Below are positions 52,780 through 63,688 of a stretch of DNA of 64,000 bases, one piece after another; position 1 is the stretch's first letter, and every line of letters begins with the position of its first letter. Made by a program: the position numbers and the translations under genes. The notes below the pieces were generated by a model. It was not told the origin of the DNA, did not search any database, and saw only the letters and a list, made by a program, of their open reading frames with translations. Origin of the DNA: Laetmonice hystrix (taxonomy: Eukaryota); assembly GCA_965235115.1 (NCBI GenBank), contig OZ249440.1, positions 12,090,001-12,154,000 on the forward strand, read 5' to 3'.

Positions 52780-52915
52780 AAGAATTAAATATATTAGCCA
52801 TGGACTAAATGTAGGCCTAGGCCGTGCATCAAGAATGGTTGAGTGTACACACTCAACCATTCTTGATGCACGGCCTAGGCCTACATTTAGTCCATGGCTA
52901 ATATATTTAATTCTT
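52780..52915. repeat. Perfect inverted repeat: 67-bp arms with a 2-nt spacer
   Basis: 52780-52846 is the exact reverse complement of 52849-52915. Confidence 0.97.
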
Positions 52916-54260
52916 GTGCACAGTGCTGTGGTCTCAAGCATGGCCCCCTAGTAGAGCTATTCAAGGCAGCTTATAATAATTTTTTGTTTCAATAATTTCT
53001 CTATCATTACCGAAGACCTATAATTTTAGCAGTCCAACGGCTGATCGTCGATCTCCTGCTTGAACTCAGCCGTGAGAATGAATTAGTTTATCTTAATATA
53101 ATTAAAAATGTATAAAGGCATAGGCTAATACTGTATGCTAGTACTTTATTACCTCTTGTTCGTTTTGTTGGATCTAAATTTTCCAAAACTGCAAAAGGAA
53201 GTTTATTATAGGCCTAGGCCCTACCTTTATAGCCTAGGTTACATTTGATAATTGCCAGAGAACCTTTAGGCCTAACACAACACTTTGAGAGCAGATTGAA
53301 TTCACGCAGAGTTGCAGGAGTCTTAATTTGCCTCACTAATTCTCCCATTGGACCGCCTACTACTACAGGTGGGGATTTAAAAAAAAAAAAATCATGGCGT
53401 ACAAATAATTTTCCGATAAGGGCTGCATGGTTGAGTGATCAATCTATTGTTGAATTGAGCTTGGTGTCTGTCAATCGGTCTCTAACACCGGGCCACAGAC
53501 TGGAAATACTCCTGACTAGCTTTACAGGTATCTTTTGCCGCAGCCTGAATACACGTTATCAAATACGACTATTCCGGTATATCCCAGTGCAGTCTTGAAT
53601 AGTATGTGAGCGTGTCACCCTGAAATGCAAAGCAGGTCGGGAAACCCGACCCCCTTTGACCTACTTTTTCGTCCTCCGACGTCCTTATTTCCTCCCTCAT
53701 GCCCGGACATGAACAATTCCTCTGTCGGATCTACTGTCTTTCTTTGTCGTGTCACGAAAATTACACGTGAATTGGACACGAATTTATTGCTTAAATATAC
53801 ATGCCTAACATCTCCTTACGATAAACAAAACTAATAACATTTAGTGATTAGGAAATAAGAAAAACCTATCAAGCAGGTTTTAATAAGGTCTATGACATCG
53901 ACTATGTCCAGTCAAATATTACGATCAGATGTATGTGACGTGATCAAATGTCTGTACACCACCCGAAACAAGTAAAACGCTACAGCCCCCCCCCCCCTTA
54001 TAATTTTCACTGACTCACTATAAGGTCACTACCCGTCTACCTCCCATTGATTTTTGTTGACCTCAAATTTTCCATACATGATCTGGCGTGTAGGCTACGT
54101 AGACCGATGTATAAGTGAAAGTTAAATATTACATTAATGACATCAATTTAGTAAGTTCTAGTGATCTTTTATAGAACCGGTAACAATGTGGTGACGTTGG
54201 TCTTAATGCAGACTTTTCTTCACATCAAATAGAAACGATAACATTATTACCAAAAACCTT

Positions 54261-54266
54261 TTTATT
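54261..54266 (-). terminator. Candidate DENND10 polyadenylation signal (AATAAA)
   Basis: AATAAA on the minus strand about 1.07 kb past the stop codon, at the end of an AT-rich stretch. Confidence 0.45.
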
Positions 54267-55333
54267 CCATACAAAGTTCACATTGCACGTTTTACCAATT
54301 AACAATTACCCTATTACAATATGATGTATTTATGTATGTACATGTTTATGAAAATTTCAAACCTTACAAAATCTTCTGAACTACTGGGAGTTGAGAAATC
54401 CCTTCACCTACCGTGACCAATCTGACTCGATGCACAATATTTTCCTGAAACCTCTCTCAGAACCACAGATCCGCCAATCACCTAACTGCATCTTCCATCG
54501 GAGTTTCTAGACATACAGACTTCCATTTAGTTTCCAAATGAAACTCCTACCACTATTCTTCTCCCTCCATTAGTTTTCTTACAAAAGCCATATTGTCAGC
54601 CACCTAACGGTTTATTTAATTCCTTCATAAAAACCTACCCAAATGTGATCAATATTATTCAAGCCTTACTCACTGCGACATGTTAACCTTGGTTCTTGGT
54701 CCCATTAGATATCACTCTGGCATTCATTTTCCTTTCAATATTACATCGATCTCAAGTACTGTAGATAACATAACAGAGACATGCAGTCACAAAATCCTCT
54801 TCTTTCTCAACATTTTTTTTACAGGAGCCAACTAACTAATAATGCACTGTATCCCGTGTGATATAACTTTTTCTTTTTCTTTTTATACACATGACATATA
54901 CATTTACTTCAGGCCAGTTATGCGGCAAACATTTTCCAATTACCCTGCAAGTTTATCAACTTAATCAGGGGAAGTATACCATAATCTCAGGTAGTTTTGC
55001 TACTATCAGCACTCAGGTTGGTAACTATATGCACCAAACATTCCACTTTCTTCATTTTGGCAACATTGTGCGAGTCTGCAAACACCCCCACCTCATAGTC
55101 GATTTTTTGCCCAACATTGACTGAATCTTATCTCCATAACATGAACTTAACCAACAAGTAAGTTGAGTGGAAAAATAGCTTAATGAAAGGGGTTTCCAGC
55201 TCATGCACGCAACTCAGTTACTTCCATCGTAGAAGCTTGATTTCTGAGGTTTACGGGTTAAGTGAGAATTTATTCAGTGAATCACTCCATTTATTTAAAC
55301 GAATAAGTCTTGAAGGAAGTACATCGTTTTACT

Positions 55334-55507
55334 TCAAGTTGTAACCATTCCTTCTGCAGCTGCTAAACTGAAGAGAAAGTTTTCAGTCGCTGCTGGCATC
55401 TTCCTCTGTCTCAGAGCTTCCAAAGTGACAACAGGCTTCCCATCATCACCCAGAGTTGCGAGACTTTTGAGGTTGGAAAGTAGTTCCTTGGTCTTAAGAG
55501 CAATATC
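55334..55507 (-). CDS. DENND10: DENND10 exon 8, terminal (DIALKTKELL...MPAATENFLFSLAAAEGMVTT*)
   Basis: Matches the FAM45A C-terminus (DIALKTREIF...FPPATENFLYHLAAAEQM). TGA at 55336-55334. The eight exons total 1062 nt = 353 aa plus stop. Confidence 0.96.
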   Translation of the reverse strand, partial: DIALKTKELLSNLKSLATLGDDGKPVVTLEALRQRKMPAATENFLFSLAAAEGMVTT

Positions 55508-55849
55508 CTGAGAAAAAAAAACAAAGTAAGATTATAAATCCAAAGTTTGTGAGCATGAACATGCGCATAAAAGATATACAATATCTGATGAAATAATTGT
55601 GTTAGATAGGTACACATGATTTATGACATTATGACATATGAACTGTGCCATAAAGTGTGGATCATATCCTCACCTGGAATTCTCACTCTACAAGGACTCC
55701 CAAGTTTTCAAGATGGTTGATTAAATTTCTGTAAATGATTCTTCTAATTCTTACTGGTTGGTCAACTCTATATATCTCCAAACAATTAGTTATCCTGGCA
55801 CCTGCAGGTTAAACTCCTAACCGTTACACAACAATTTCTGTGTACTGAC

Positions 55850-55944
55850 CTTAATAACTTGTTGCTGTGACTTGTCGGTATCCTCAGCACAGTTTACCAG
55901 GAACATAGCAATATCTTTGTGAAGCTTGCCCATAGTGAAAGTAT
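55850..55944 (-). CDS. DENND10: DENND10 exon 7 (DTFTMGKLHKDIAMFLVNCAEDTDKSQQQVIK)
   Basis: Matches FAM45A EAMAMGKLHKEMGQLIVQSAEDPEKSESHVIQ. Bounded by AG and GTCAGT; 95 nt. Confidence 0.94.
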
Positions 55945-56220
55945 CTGAATAATGAAACAGCTTAACCTTGAGTCTACAGCATGCCCACTAAGAGAGGTCA
56001 AAATCTAAGCATCTTAAAATTTGCTTCTTAAATACAATATTTGGCCCAAAAAAATCAGATCAGAAAAAAAATCAAACTTTAGAGATTGTAAGAGATTTAA
56101 TTCTGATCTCTTTTCAGACCTGCATGGAAAAGACAGTAGGTGGACATAGTACTTAATAAGTTTACAAACAATTTATTCTTGAAGAGTTATTAAGTCTCAG
56201 CTACTGAAATACATATTTAC

Positions 56221-56288
56221 CTTTGGCTCTTGGTGAAATGACTACCTCTGACGTAGTTAAATTAACAAGGATATCATAAAGGTCACTT
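56221..56288 (-). CDS. DENND10: DENND10 exon 6 (SDLYDILVNLTTSEVVISPRAK)
   Basis: Matches FAM45A PDLYDVFVNLAESEITIAPLAK. Bounded by AG and GTAAAT; 68 nt. Confidence 0.93.
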
Positions 56289-56423
56289 CTGAAAGTTAAC
56301 AAAGAAGCAAAATAAATACAAATGTATAAGCAGAGACAGAGTTAGGATGTTTAAAAATGTGTTCCTATAATTTTCCCAAATTCAAGAACATACAATAATT
56401 GTGTTGACAATATTATAGCTTGC

Positions 56424-56564
56424 CTCATTTCAACTGTTGATTCAGTGAATCCAGCCACGTAGGAAGATTTCTTTTGGAGGTCTGAGACTTCAATATCATC
56501 TAAACTCAACCAGGGATGGAGGATGGTCCAGTCCTGTCTGTGCCAAACAAGTGCTGGCAAGGCC
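56424..56564 (-). CDS. DENND10: DENND10 exon 5 (ALPALVWHRQDWTILHPW...YVAGFTESTVEMR), GC donor
   Basis: LPALVWHRQDWTILH is identical to FAM45A. Acceptor at 56566-56565. The only good in-phase donor is AG|GCAAGC at 56423. Confidence 0.92.
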
Positions 56565-57054
56565 CTGAGACATGGCAGAGTATCATTATACATTACAGGG
56601 ACCACCACTGTCCAGAATAAACAAGTACATTCAGCATAGGAGAAAGAAAAAGTCAATCTAATGGGCAATGCCCTCAGGGAAACTAATAACTCAACTTCTT
56701 TGAACCTGAAGGTTCTTGGTTTTGATTTGTCCTGGTACATGCAACAATAAAATTAAATACTGATTCAATCTACATGTATATGCAAAAAGCTTAATTAAAC
56801 AGAGACAGGCTAAAGTTTCTTTTTGGTGTTAAAACATGAGTACTTTAATATACATGTATCAGTAAATGATTTCAATCCTTTTAAGCAAATACTACCCAGA
56901 AGGTTTTCTTCTTGATATCTTGTGTCAACGTAGGTAGGTTCATATGACCAACACATATTTAAAAATGACATACCAGCAATACTATTAATGTGCTTTAATT
57001 AATGGTGCTCCAATTACATTTAGATCATCATCACAGAAACTATACTATTATCAC

Positions 57055-57166
57055 CTGGTGAATGCAAGGAGTGGCCTCAGCTTGGAGTGGTAAACTACGA
57101 CACGTTTCTTCAACATTAAGGCAGTGTAGATGAGGATTGTCTCAATTCCAAACTGGACAATGACAT
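57055..57166 (-). CDS. DENND10: DENND10 exon 4 ([38 protein letters not shown])
   Basis: Hand translation matches FAM45[30 protein letters not shown]. Bounded by AG and GT; 112 nt. Confidence 0.95.
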
Positions 57167-57304
57167 CTGGTGGCAGAATAACAAAACCATAATAATTCAA
57201 CAAGAGAATATCATAACCGAATATTTTCAAAAATAAACTGAAGTCGTTTTTATATGAAGTCTGTCTTTTTAAGGTTCACCCTGATAATGTAACGCAATAC
57301 CTAC

Positions 57305-57539
57305 CTCGAACTGCAGAGGCTACATATGCATTCCTGGCATCATATTCACTAACAACAAGCATGCCGTTATCATTGTCTGTGCCTGGACATGATCCTTTGG
57401 TCAGAACGCCCAGGTATCTCTCAAGTAACTGGGCAGGGCTTCCTGTCATTGTGTACCGCTTCAGCATGAGCTGACTTAATACATAGTACTTTTCCGGATG
57501 GAAGTCTTGTGCTGCCAGCACTAGTGATACTCCAACGAC
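57305..57539 (-). CDS. DENND10: DENND10 exon 3 (VVGVSLVLAAQDFHPEKY...AYVASAVR)
   Basis: Homologous to FAM45A SIVLTAKDFNPEKY...LTKG. Bounded by AG and GTAGGT; 235 nt, phase 0 in and phase 1 out. Confidence 0.95.
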
Positions 57540-57770
57540 CTGGCAATATCCAATAAGGCAATAACACTTAATCAACTACATTTAAATTCAAGTTTTTCAG
57601 GCTTGTCTTTCAAAGAAAATTTCTAGTTCCCTAAAACTATTCTGCATTAGTGTATAATTTCAGAACAATGAAAGGTTATCGAAATCTGCACCGCTACTCT
57701 CCCTCTGCCATTTATCTTACTACGAACCCTTGCTTCCCTATAATATTACCATGTTAATATTACAACTTAC

Positions 57771-57967
57771 CTTGGGTAAACTTTCTGTCTGCTCCTCACT
57801 GGTGTAAAAGTAGTACCACTGGGACTGATACTGACTGAAGGCCAGCTCAGGCCAGTCATTTCTCTCCCCCCATGACAGCGGACACTTACGCAGGCAAAGC
57901 TCTCTTACGTCTGTAGTTACCGTTGGATAGGACCACACCCACAAAACATCCCCATGGCTGTCCTTCT
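57771..57967 (-). CDS. DENND10: DENND10 exon 2 (EKDSHGDVLWVWSYP...ESLPK)
   Basis: Homologous to FAM45A EKDTNGEVLWVWCYP. Bounded by AG and GTAAGT; 197 nt. Confidence 0.95.
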
Positions 57968-58894
57968 CTGAATACACAATAACACTGCACTGAAGTTCAA
58001 CAGAAATGCAACACTAATGGTTCTGCCCCCACTAATCCATGCAGCTCCCACACATGGCCTGTCAATGTGTCATTCGTCAGAGCTTCTTGGATCAGCCCCA
58101 ATCCCCCCAATTATTAATTATTACCGGTACATCACTTGCACGAGTGCTCCCCAAGAAGACCTTTTCTAAAACTGGCATTGATTCACGGCTGCCGTAATGA
58201 AGAAAAATTAGCCATATTTGAATGGCTGATAGACACGCTACCGGTAGTCTAAATCTAACTGGTAGCCTAGCCATCCTGTTTTCCTTAGACTACCTACCTA
58301 AAAGTTAAAACCTGTAAAATTCTTATCAATTTTCTAAACAAAGTTAATCATTTTCATTACATGATTAGGCTGCGCTAACAATAATAATATCTGCCTTCAT
58401 TGGGATCAGCCCCCCCCCCCCCCGGCCTCAATTTTTCTCTTTTTCCCATGGACATGGTGCTTTCTGAATTCACAGTACCCCCCCCCCCCTCCCTTTGCCA
58501 GACCCCCCCCCCCCCCCCCCCCATTGCTTTCGGCTTTCCAAATTCCTGAATCCTGTATCTTGTCAAAATAAGATCAACAATACTGGGGAGAGTCTTCTTT
58601 ACTGACTGACCTACTCGATCCCGGCCTACGCTGCCAGTGCGGGCACATGACTGTCACAGGCATTGGTCACAGTCTCACAGTCACAGGGCTGCAGGGGGCG
58701 GGCCTCCATACACGAACGATGTTACCCACCCCACGCAGTCACGAGTCACATTCACGTCTCTATGGTCTGCTCATGGCTACTGAGCCCTATATTTACGTTA
58801 TTCACCCACTTTGTTACTTTGACGGAACTAGACCTGCCCCAGAGAATCTATCTAAAAGAACTGAAGGATCGTAGAAGTAGCAGAAAATACTGAC

Positions 58895-58934
58895 CCACCA
58901 ACCCTGCCAAGATCAACTGACGGCGACCCGCCAT
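58895..58934 (-). CDS. DENND10: DENND10 exon 1 (MAGRRQLILAGLV-G)
   Basis: ATG in context aacATGG at 58934; donor GTCAGT at 58894. 40 nt, phase 1, completes Glu with exon 2. Resembles the human N-terminus (QLMLGVGLIE). Confidence 0.88.
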
Positions 58935-59171
58935 GTTGTTGGTATAGTGGGCAAAAGTCGACACCGTTTTTATTTGCCACCAGGGCGAACGTAGTTGTAA
59001 CGCTTAACAAAAGAGGGCGCTGCAAATACTTTCTGGCCTCGACCCTAAACGACACAGGAGACATTCCCCAAATAACTTTGAAATTCAACGTGTCCCATAT
59101 CAAAACCATTCCCGGTGGCCGCTAAGGTCTGAAAAAATGAAAATTGGGACTCTTTTTTTTCTTCTTCTTCT

Positions 59172-59211
<40 letters not shown>

Positions 59212-59260
59212 GGGCCTCCTGAAGTATAGTGTACTTATTAACCACTAGGGGGCATGTATG
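58925..59260 (-). promoter_or_regulatory. DENND10 promoter / 5' region
   Basis: CpG-containing segment upstream of the ATG. A YY1-like motif (AACATGGCGG) overlaps the start codon. AGAGGGCGC lies near 59012-59020 and a CTCF-like CCACTAGGGGGCAT at 59242-59255. Confidence 0.6.
59151..59211. repeat. (TTC)n/(TTTC)n microsatellite in the DENND10 upstream region
   Basis: Seen directly. Confidence 0.92.
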
Positions 59261-59635
59261 TCCGCAAGGTAACTTGTGTTCTCTGAAACCCTTTCGGCTG
59301 CATAGAGTGAGATTGTAATTAAAAGTTTTGTTGACCAATTTGTCAGAGATAGGCGCACAACACATGGGCGGAGGGAGGAAACCCTTGCAGAGGCAGGGAC
59401 AGTGCCTCCTGCAATTGTCAAAAGAAAATTACGTAATGTCCACAAAGTTAAACTTTGACTTTTAATTTATTTTTGTTTCATATTGACACTTATCTTAAAA
59501 TATTAAGTCATGACAAGAGTTATCCTGCACCGTAAATCATAGCTTATGCTATTACCACCTCTACCCCTTTCTTTTCTTAAAAATATCTGTTTGTCAGTAC
59601 AATACTTCTAGATAAGCACCGTGTGTAATGGTATG

Positions 59636-59641
59636 TTTATT
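59636..59641 (-). terminator. Candidate FBXO41 polyadenylation signal (AATAAA); a second lies at 59466-59471
   Basis: AATAAA hexamers on the minus strand 0.6-0.8 kb past the stop codon. Confidence 0.4.
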
Positions 59642-60229
59642 GAGGTCCCGTCAACATACTGTCGTGGCAATCCTAACAATCATCTCTCTAACTTTTTGTT
59701 GAGATTCTGGGCTATGACATACAAAAACTTCAACACTCATTGAATCTGTTCAGTAAGGCTTCATTATGTATTAAGGCCACATCAGTTAAATTCATGGAAA
59801 ATCACTGTAAAAAGTCAGTTATTTAGCAAAATTGCAATAATAATCTGACGATTTTTTGGGTAACGAATTGCGACTAGATAAAGTTTAACACTTTGGCACA
59901 TTAACAAATATTTCTTTTTTGAATCAAAAGAAAGCCTCTAGCCTCTATAACTAACAATAAACTCATTCACATACCTTGTCACAACACTTAGGAATAACGA
60001 TTCCAAGCCTAATCAAATTCAAACAACCTACAAGATTATCTGATACTCTGAGAACTGGATGTCACCGGAGGTACACTTTTATCTCATCTAGTAATTCATA
60101 TATTTTTGTTCAAGCCACGGTGGTCTTACTCCAACGACGCTTCAATTGTAAGGCACATATCCCAATATATAATATCCGGTACTTCCCAGGGCCTGCGGGA
60201 AGTACGTGCAGCATCACTAGTGTCTCTCT

Positions 60230-60289
60230 TCATCTGTAATCTGCTTTAATATGAATGATGTCTTCAAGCCCTGGACGTTTGGCAACCAA
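60230..60289 (-). CDS. FBXO41: FBXO41 terminal exon (LVAKRPGLEDIIHIKADYR*)
   Basis: Aligns to human ALRRRPGFSKILHIKVEGGC*. Acceptor ttatttcAG; TGA at 60232-60230. Confidence 0.9.
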   Translation of the reverse strand: MVAKRPGLEDIIHIKADYR

Positions 60290-60540
60290 CTGAAATAATG
60301 AGAAACAACAACAACTCAAATCACGTTTCAGATGTTGAATAAATAAAGTTTAAATTGTTCAATTTAAATATTTGTTTCTGTACCACTATATCGAGTCTGG
60401 GTTTCCCAGCATAAGTTACAAATATTCCTGGCCCGTACAGCTACATGGTAAAATTATGTTTACGACTATATCATGGGGCTGCTGTGCAACTTGGTCATTT
60501 CCTAATACATATAATAGACAAATAAAAACAATATAAATAC

Positions 60541-60656
60541 CCTGAGTTTGGAGATGGTGTCCTGGTAGGCCCTCTGGTGCTCAAGATTCCCAGTGTCTTT
60601 GTAGTAGTCAGATATACTGAGATGAATACTGACGGACCTGAGTGAAGGACTGGCAT
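60541..60656 (-). CDS. FBXO41: FBXO41 exon (NASPSLRSVSIHLSISDYYKDTGNLEHQRAYQDTISKLR)
   Basis: Aligns to human NSICRNLKSIVVQIGIADYFKEP...MVTKLQ. Bounded by AG and GT; phases fit. Confidence 0.9.
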
Positions 60657-60992
60657 CTGAAACATACCAGCAACTGTCCATGCATTCAAAGCCCAATGAA
60701 ATTCTGATGAAGCAGTGTTTTTTAAAGATGCTTCATCTCACCTCACTGTATATTACCTTTACTTAGTGAGGTTTTTCACCAAGATATCTTTATTCCAGTG
60801 AGTGGCTTTGCAATATCTTAGTTAATTAAATCTTGATGCCATTAGTTTAGCATCACAAATAAGGGATAAGATTTTGTTATTTACCCAACTGGAGAAAGCA
60901 TCAGCCCGGTATACTGAAAAACTTTCTGTCCAATAATAAAAGCTAATACCACGTGACATAAGCTACATTAAAGGGGTTGGTTATATACTTAC

Positions 60993-61151
60993 TCACAAAG
61001 TGGAGTAAGGCTCGCGGTGTGACTGGAGTAAAAGTAAAGTCTAGAGCTTCCAGACCCCTCAGGCCATGCGCACACATGGACACTGCAAGGTCCTCTGTCA
61101 CCTCACACATGTGGTCCAATTCAAGGACCTGCAGGCGGGTACAGATCTTGG
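60993..61151 (-). CDS. FBXO41: FBXO41 LRR-like exon (KICTRLQVLELDHMCEVTEDLAVSMCAHGLRGLEALDFTFTPVTPRALLHFV)
   Basis: Matches human RLQVLELDHVSEITQEVAAEVCREGLKGLEMLVLTATPVTPKALLHF. Bounded by AG and GTAAGT. Confidence 0.96.
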
Positions 61152-61412
61152 CTGCAATGAGGGGAAAATATACTGCAGATAACTAAGGGCAGACACTCTA
61201 AATGTAACGAACTGATAATAGGTTCAGAGTATATAAGTTACTGATAATATTAGGAAAAGGTTCCAATACTCTACATAAAGCTTGACCTAAACAACTTTAA
61301 CCAAGCAATACACCCGAGATCTTACCTACTGCAGCGAGGGCCTCGTCATATGACACTTCCACCGAACCATCACCGACATCCCCACCCTTTGTGTACTGAC
61401 ATACATACTTAC

Positions 61413-61531
61413 CTATAACATTGAGACCCTTGGGTGACACCTCCACCCCTCCGATACAGAGCACCCTCAGGTCAGGCCAACACGCGGCAATCATCTGCAC
61501 ACTCCTGTTGTTCAGGCGCCCAGGACGCATG
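61413..61531 (-). CDS. FBXO41: FBXO41 LRR-like exon (MRPGRLNNRSVQMIAACWPDLRVLCIGGVEVSPKGLNVI)
   Basis: Matches human PTRFSNRCLQMIGRCWPHLRALGVGG. Bounded by AG and GTAAGT. Confidence 0.94.
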
Positions 61532-61681
61532 CTGGAGACAGAAAGCATTACAGACATAAAAAGATTATAATTAGTGTCCATTTTTACAATAGTAAGGATA
61601 GACATTGAGTCCTATTGTCTCCATGAATTACATGGGTCTAGACCTGTAATATATAGTAAAATGTCTTTTTGAGGAACTTAC

Positions 61682-61831
61682 TTTGGGAACATGGGAGGAA
61701 TGATGAGTGTGGTGAGATCCCTGCAGCCAGCCCCCATGGCCCAAATCACCTCCGTACTGGCTGGATCTGTATCACTGATGTAAGCAACACGCTCAAGGGA
61801 CCGGCTGTAGCAACTCGCAAGCCACAGACAC
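61682..61831 (-). CDS. FBXO41: FBXO41 exon (CLWLASCYSRSLERVAYISDTDPASTEVIWAMGAGCRDLTTLIIPPMFP)
   Basis: Matches human SLWLASCYCRALQAVTYRSATDPVGHEVIWALGAGCR. Bounded by AG and GTAAGT. Confidence 0.95.
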
Positions 61832-62421
61832 CTATGAAAATTACAAATAATATAAAAGTCATTTAGAAAATATCATTTTTAAACATGTGTTATTGGAATG
61901 GAAATTCAAAAATAAGTCCGGTTAAGGGGACCGAATACCAATGAAAATTGGGGCTTTGTGCATCCATCTATGCAAGTTGATGACCTAGTGTCAGTTTTCC
62001 TAACTAAAATTAACAGTTCTGCCATCCCACGGAGGAAACAGAATCACCCATTTTGCAGCACCCCAGAGATACTAAAATAAAAATGTTTTCTAATATATTA
62101 AATTAGACATATCAGATTAATGACAACACGAGAAGACAGCAAATCACGCTATATTTTACCGGTACTGGGTTAACAGGGGTTAACCGGGCTAACTGGGTTA
62201 ACAGGGTCGTACTATTTAGCTCCCGACCAGATAACATGTGATATATCGATATGAAAAATAACAAAAGGAGACACTGTGCGACGAGAAGCAGTCAGGGAAG
62301 CGGTCAGAAAATGGTGGGAGAGAAGGAGACAAGGGAGTTCTGCAGGAGTCACAGGAACTGACTTCAAGGTATTTAAATGTTAGAACTGTATCTTAGTAAA
62401 AGCTGGGAAAAGCTTACTTAC

Positions 62422-62520
62422 CGATCAGTGAGAATATTGCCACAGTCTGTGACCCGGAGAGACAACAAATTGTTTCCACATGCTTTCAGAAGTACTTCTA
62501 GGCCAGGCTCAAGGCTCCCC
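62422..62520 (-). CDS. FBXO41: FBXO41 exon (GSLEPGLEVLLKACGNNLLSLRVTDCGNILTDR)
   Basis: Matches human GCLEAGLESLLKAAGGNLLILRISHCPNILTDR. Bounded by AG and GTAAGT. Confidence 0.94.
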
Positions 62521-62692
62521 CTGTTGGGCAGAATAGAAATCAAAGGATGGACTGGTACTATCTCTCATTTTTTCTAGGCTTAAACATATAACCTTGTCCT
62601 GGGGCATATTCTTGTAGGGAATCAATGTTTCTATTCATAATTTTTTCATTATTTATTTGCTATTATTTTCATGCAGACATATATATGCTTAC

Positions 62693-62753
62693 TTGGTATT
62701 CTTTTGATACTGTTGAACAGTTTCTGTCCGTCTTCTTGGTCTCACACGTATGG
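62693..62753 (-). CDS. FBXO41: FBXO41 exon (TIRVRPRRRTETVQQYQKNTK)
   Basis: Aligns to human NLKPRQRGKKESKEEYARSTR. Bounded by ttttattacAG and GTAAGC; phases fit both neighbours. Confidence 0.8.
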
Positions 62754-63046
62754 CTGTAATAAAAATGTGAATGTCAAGAATGGCTTTCTACCACCTCGTG
62801 CAAGTGGTGAAATAAGAGGGGTACTCAGAGGAAGTACCATACCTGTATGTTGTTTTCTCACAAACAGACAGATAATAGTCAGAAAGACCTAGCCTCCACC
62901 ATGCCACAAGTTTCAGCTGCCTACTCCAAAAGAGCTCGAAGTCTAATTCATTGCCTACATATAAAGTTGCAGCATGCTTCTCTTTTTTCAACACTTGAGG
63001 TGCTAGTACAAATTAACGCAATTTTCCAAAGATTAAAGTGACTTAC

Positions 63047-63101
63047 TTTCCAATGTCAGTGACTGTAGTTGAGAGCACCATCCCGCCATGGTTCTCAGGT
63101 A
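63047..63101 (-). CDS. FBXO41: FBXO41 exon (YLRTMAGWCSQLQSLTLE)
   Basis: Matches human FLAMLAQWCTQAHSLTLQ. Bounded by AG and GTAAGT; 55 nt. Confidence 0.88.
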
Positions 63102-63336
63102 CTACAATATTACAATCAATCCAAAACAGTATACTACTCTACATGATCAAAGTCTTTGTCAGGTACTCAAGTTCTAGCATGTACAAACTGGGCTAGACTA
63201 TACATTGTACCTTGAAACCTTTTTCATGCTTTTTGATTTTATGATTTGGAAAGAATTACAAAATCTGAATCTACAGATTATACAGAGGCACGCTCTATGG
63301 CCTTTTTTTGAGCATTCCTCCAAAGAAATTATGTAC

Positions 63337-63536
63337 CTTTGAGCTGAGGTAGGCATTCACCAGGCGTACACAGCGCCACAGCGCTGGATTCCGACTGACA
63401 TAGCGCCACTCCTGACATACCAGCGCCATCTGGCTGAGGGTAAACGTATCAAGGTATTGGAAGACATTGAAGAGAACGTCCCTGTGATAAAGAATTGCGT
63501 CCAGCTGGCTGAATGACTGACTGCCCCACTTTGAAC
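63337..63536 (-). CDS. FBXO41: FBXO41 F-box exon (LFNVFQYLDTFTLSQMALVCQEWRYVSRNPALWRCVRL)
   Basis: Classic F-box signature (lP.eil..IF.yL....l.....VCk.Wr.v......W). Bounded by AG and GTACAT; 200 nt. Confidence 0.93.
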
Positions 63537-63688
63537 CTGGAAACAAGATCATTTTCATTATTCCCTTTTCCATGAGGCCTCGCATTTAAATAGAAAACCC
63601 TTTCTAAAGTATTCCAAGTATTCACGAGGCAATAGTTCTTTAACAGACAGAAACTGAAATAGATACGACTGACAAGCATATTGATTAC

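Noticed and set aside
53633-53651. Small perfect hairpin GGTCGGG-AAA-CCCGACC
   Set aside because: A 7-bp stem is too short to be meaningful alone, and there is no terminator or Helitron-end context.
55674-55728. Possible cryptic stop-containing exon in the last DENND10 intron (tttacAG...CAG|GTGAGG)
   Set aside because: The acceptor is mediocre and there is no independent support. The stop would lie under 50 nt from the last junction, so it does not fit a poison-exon model.
61915-62210. piggyBac/Kolobok-like TTAA-bounded element in an FBXO41 intron
   Set aside because: TTAAGGGG and GGGGTTAA motifs are present but do not form a matching inverted pair, so the boundaries cannot be supported.
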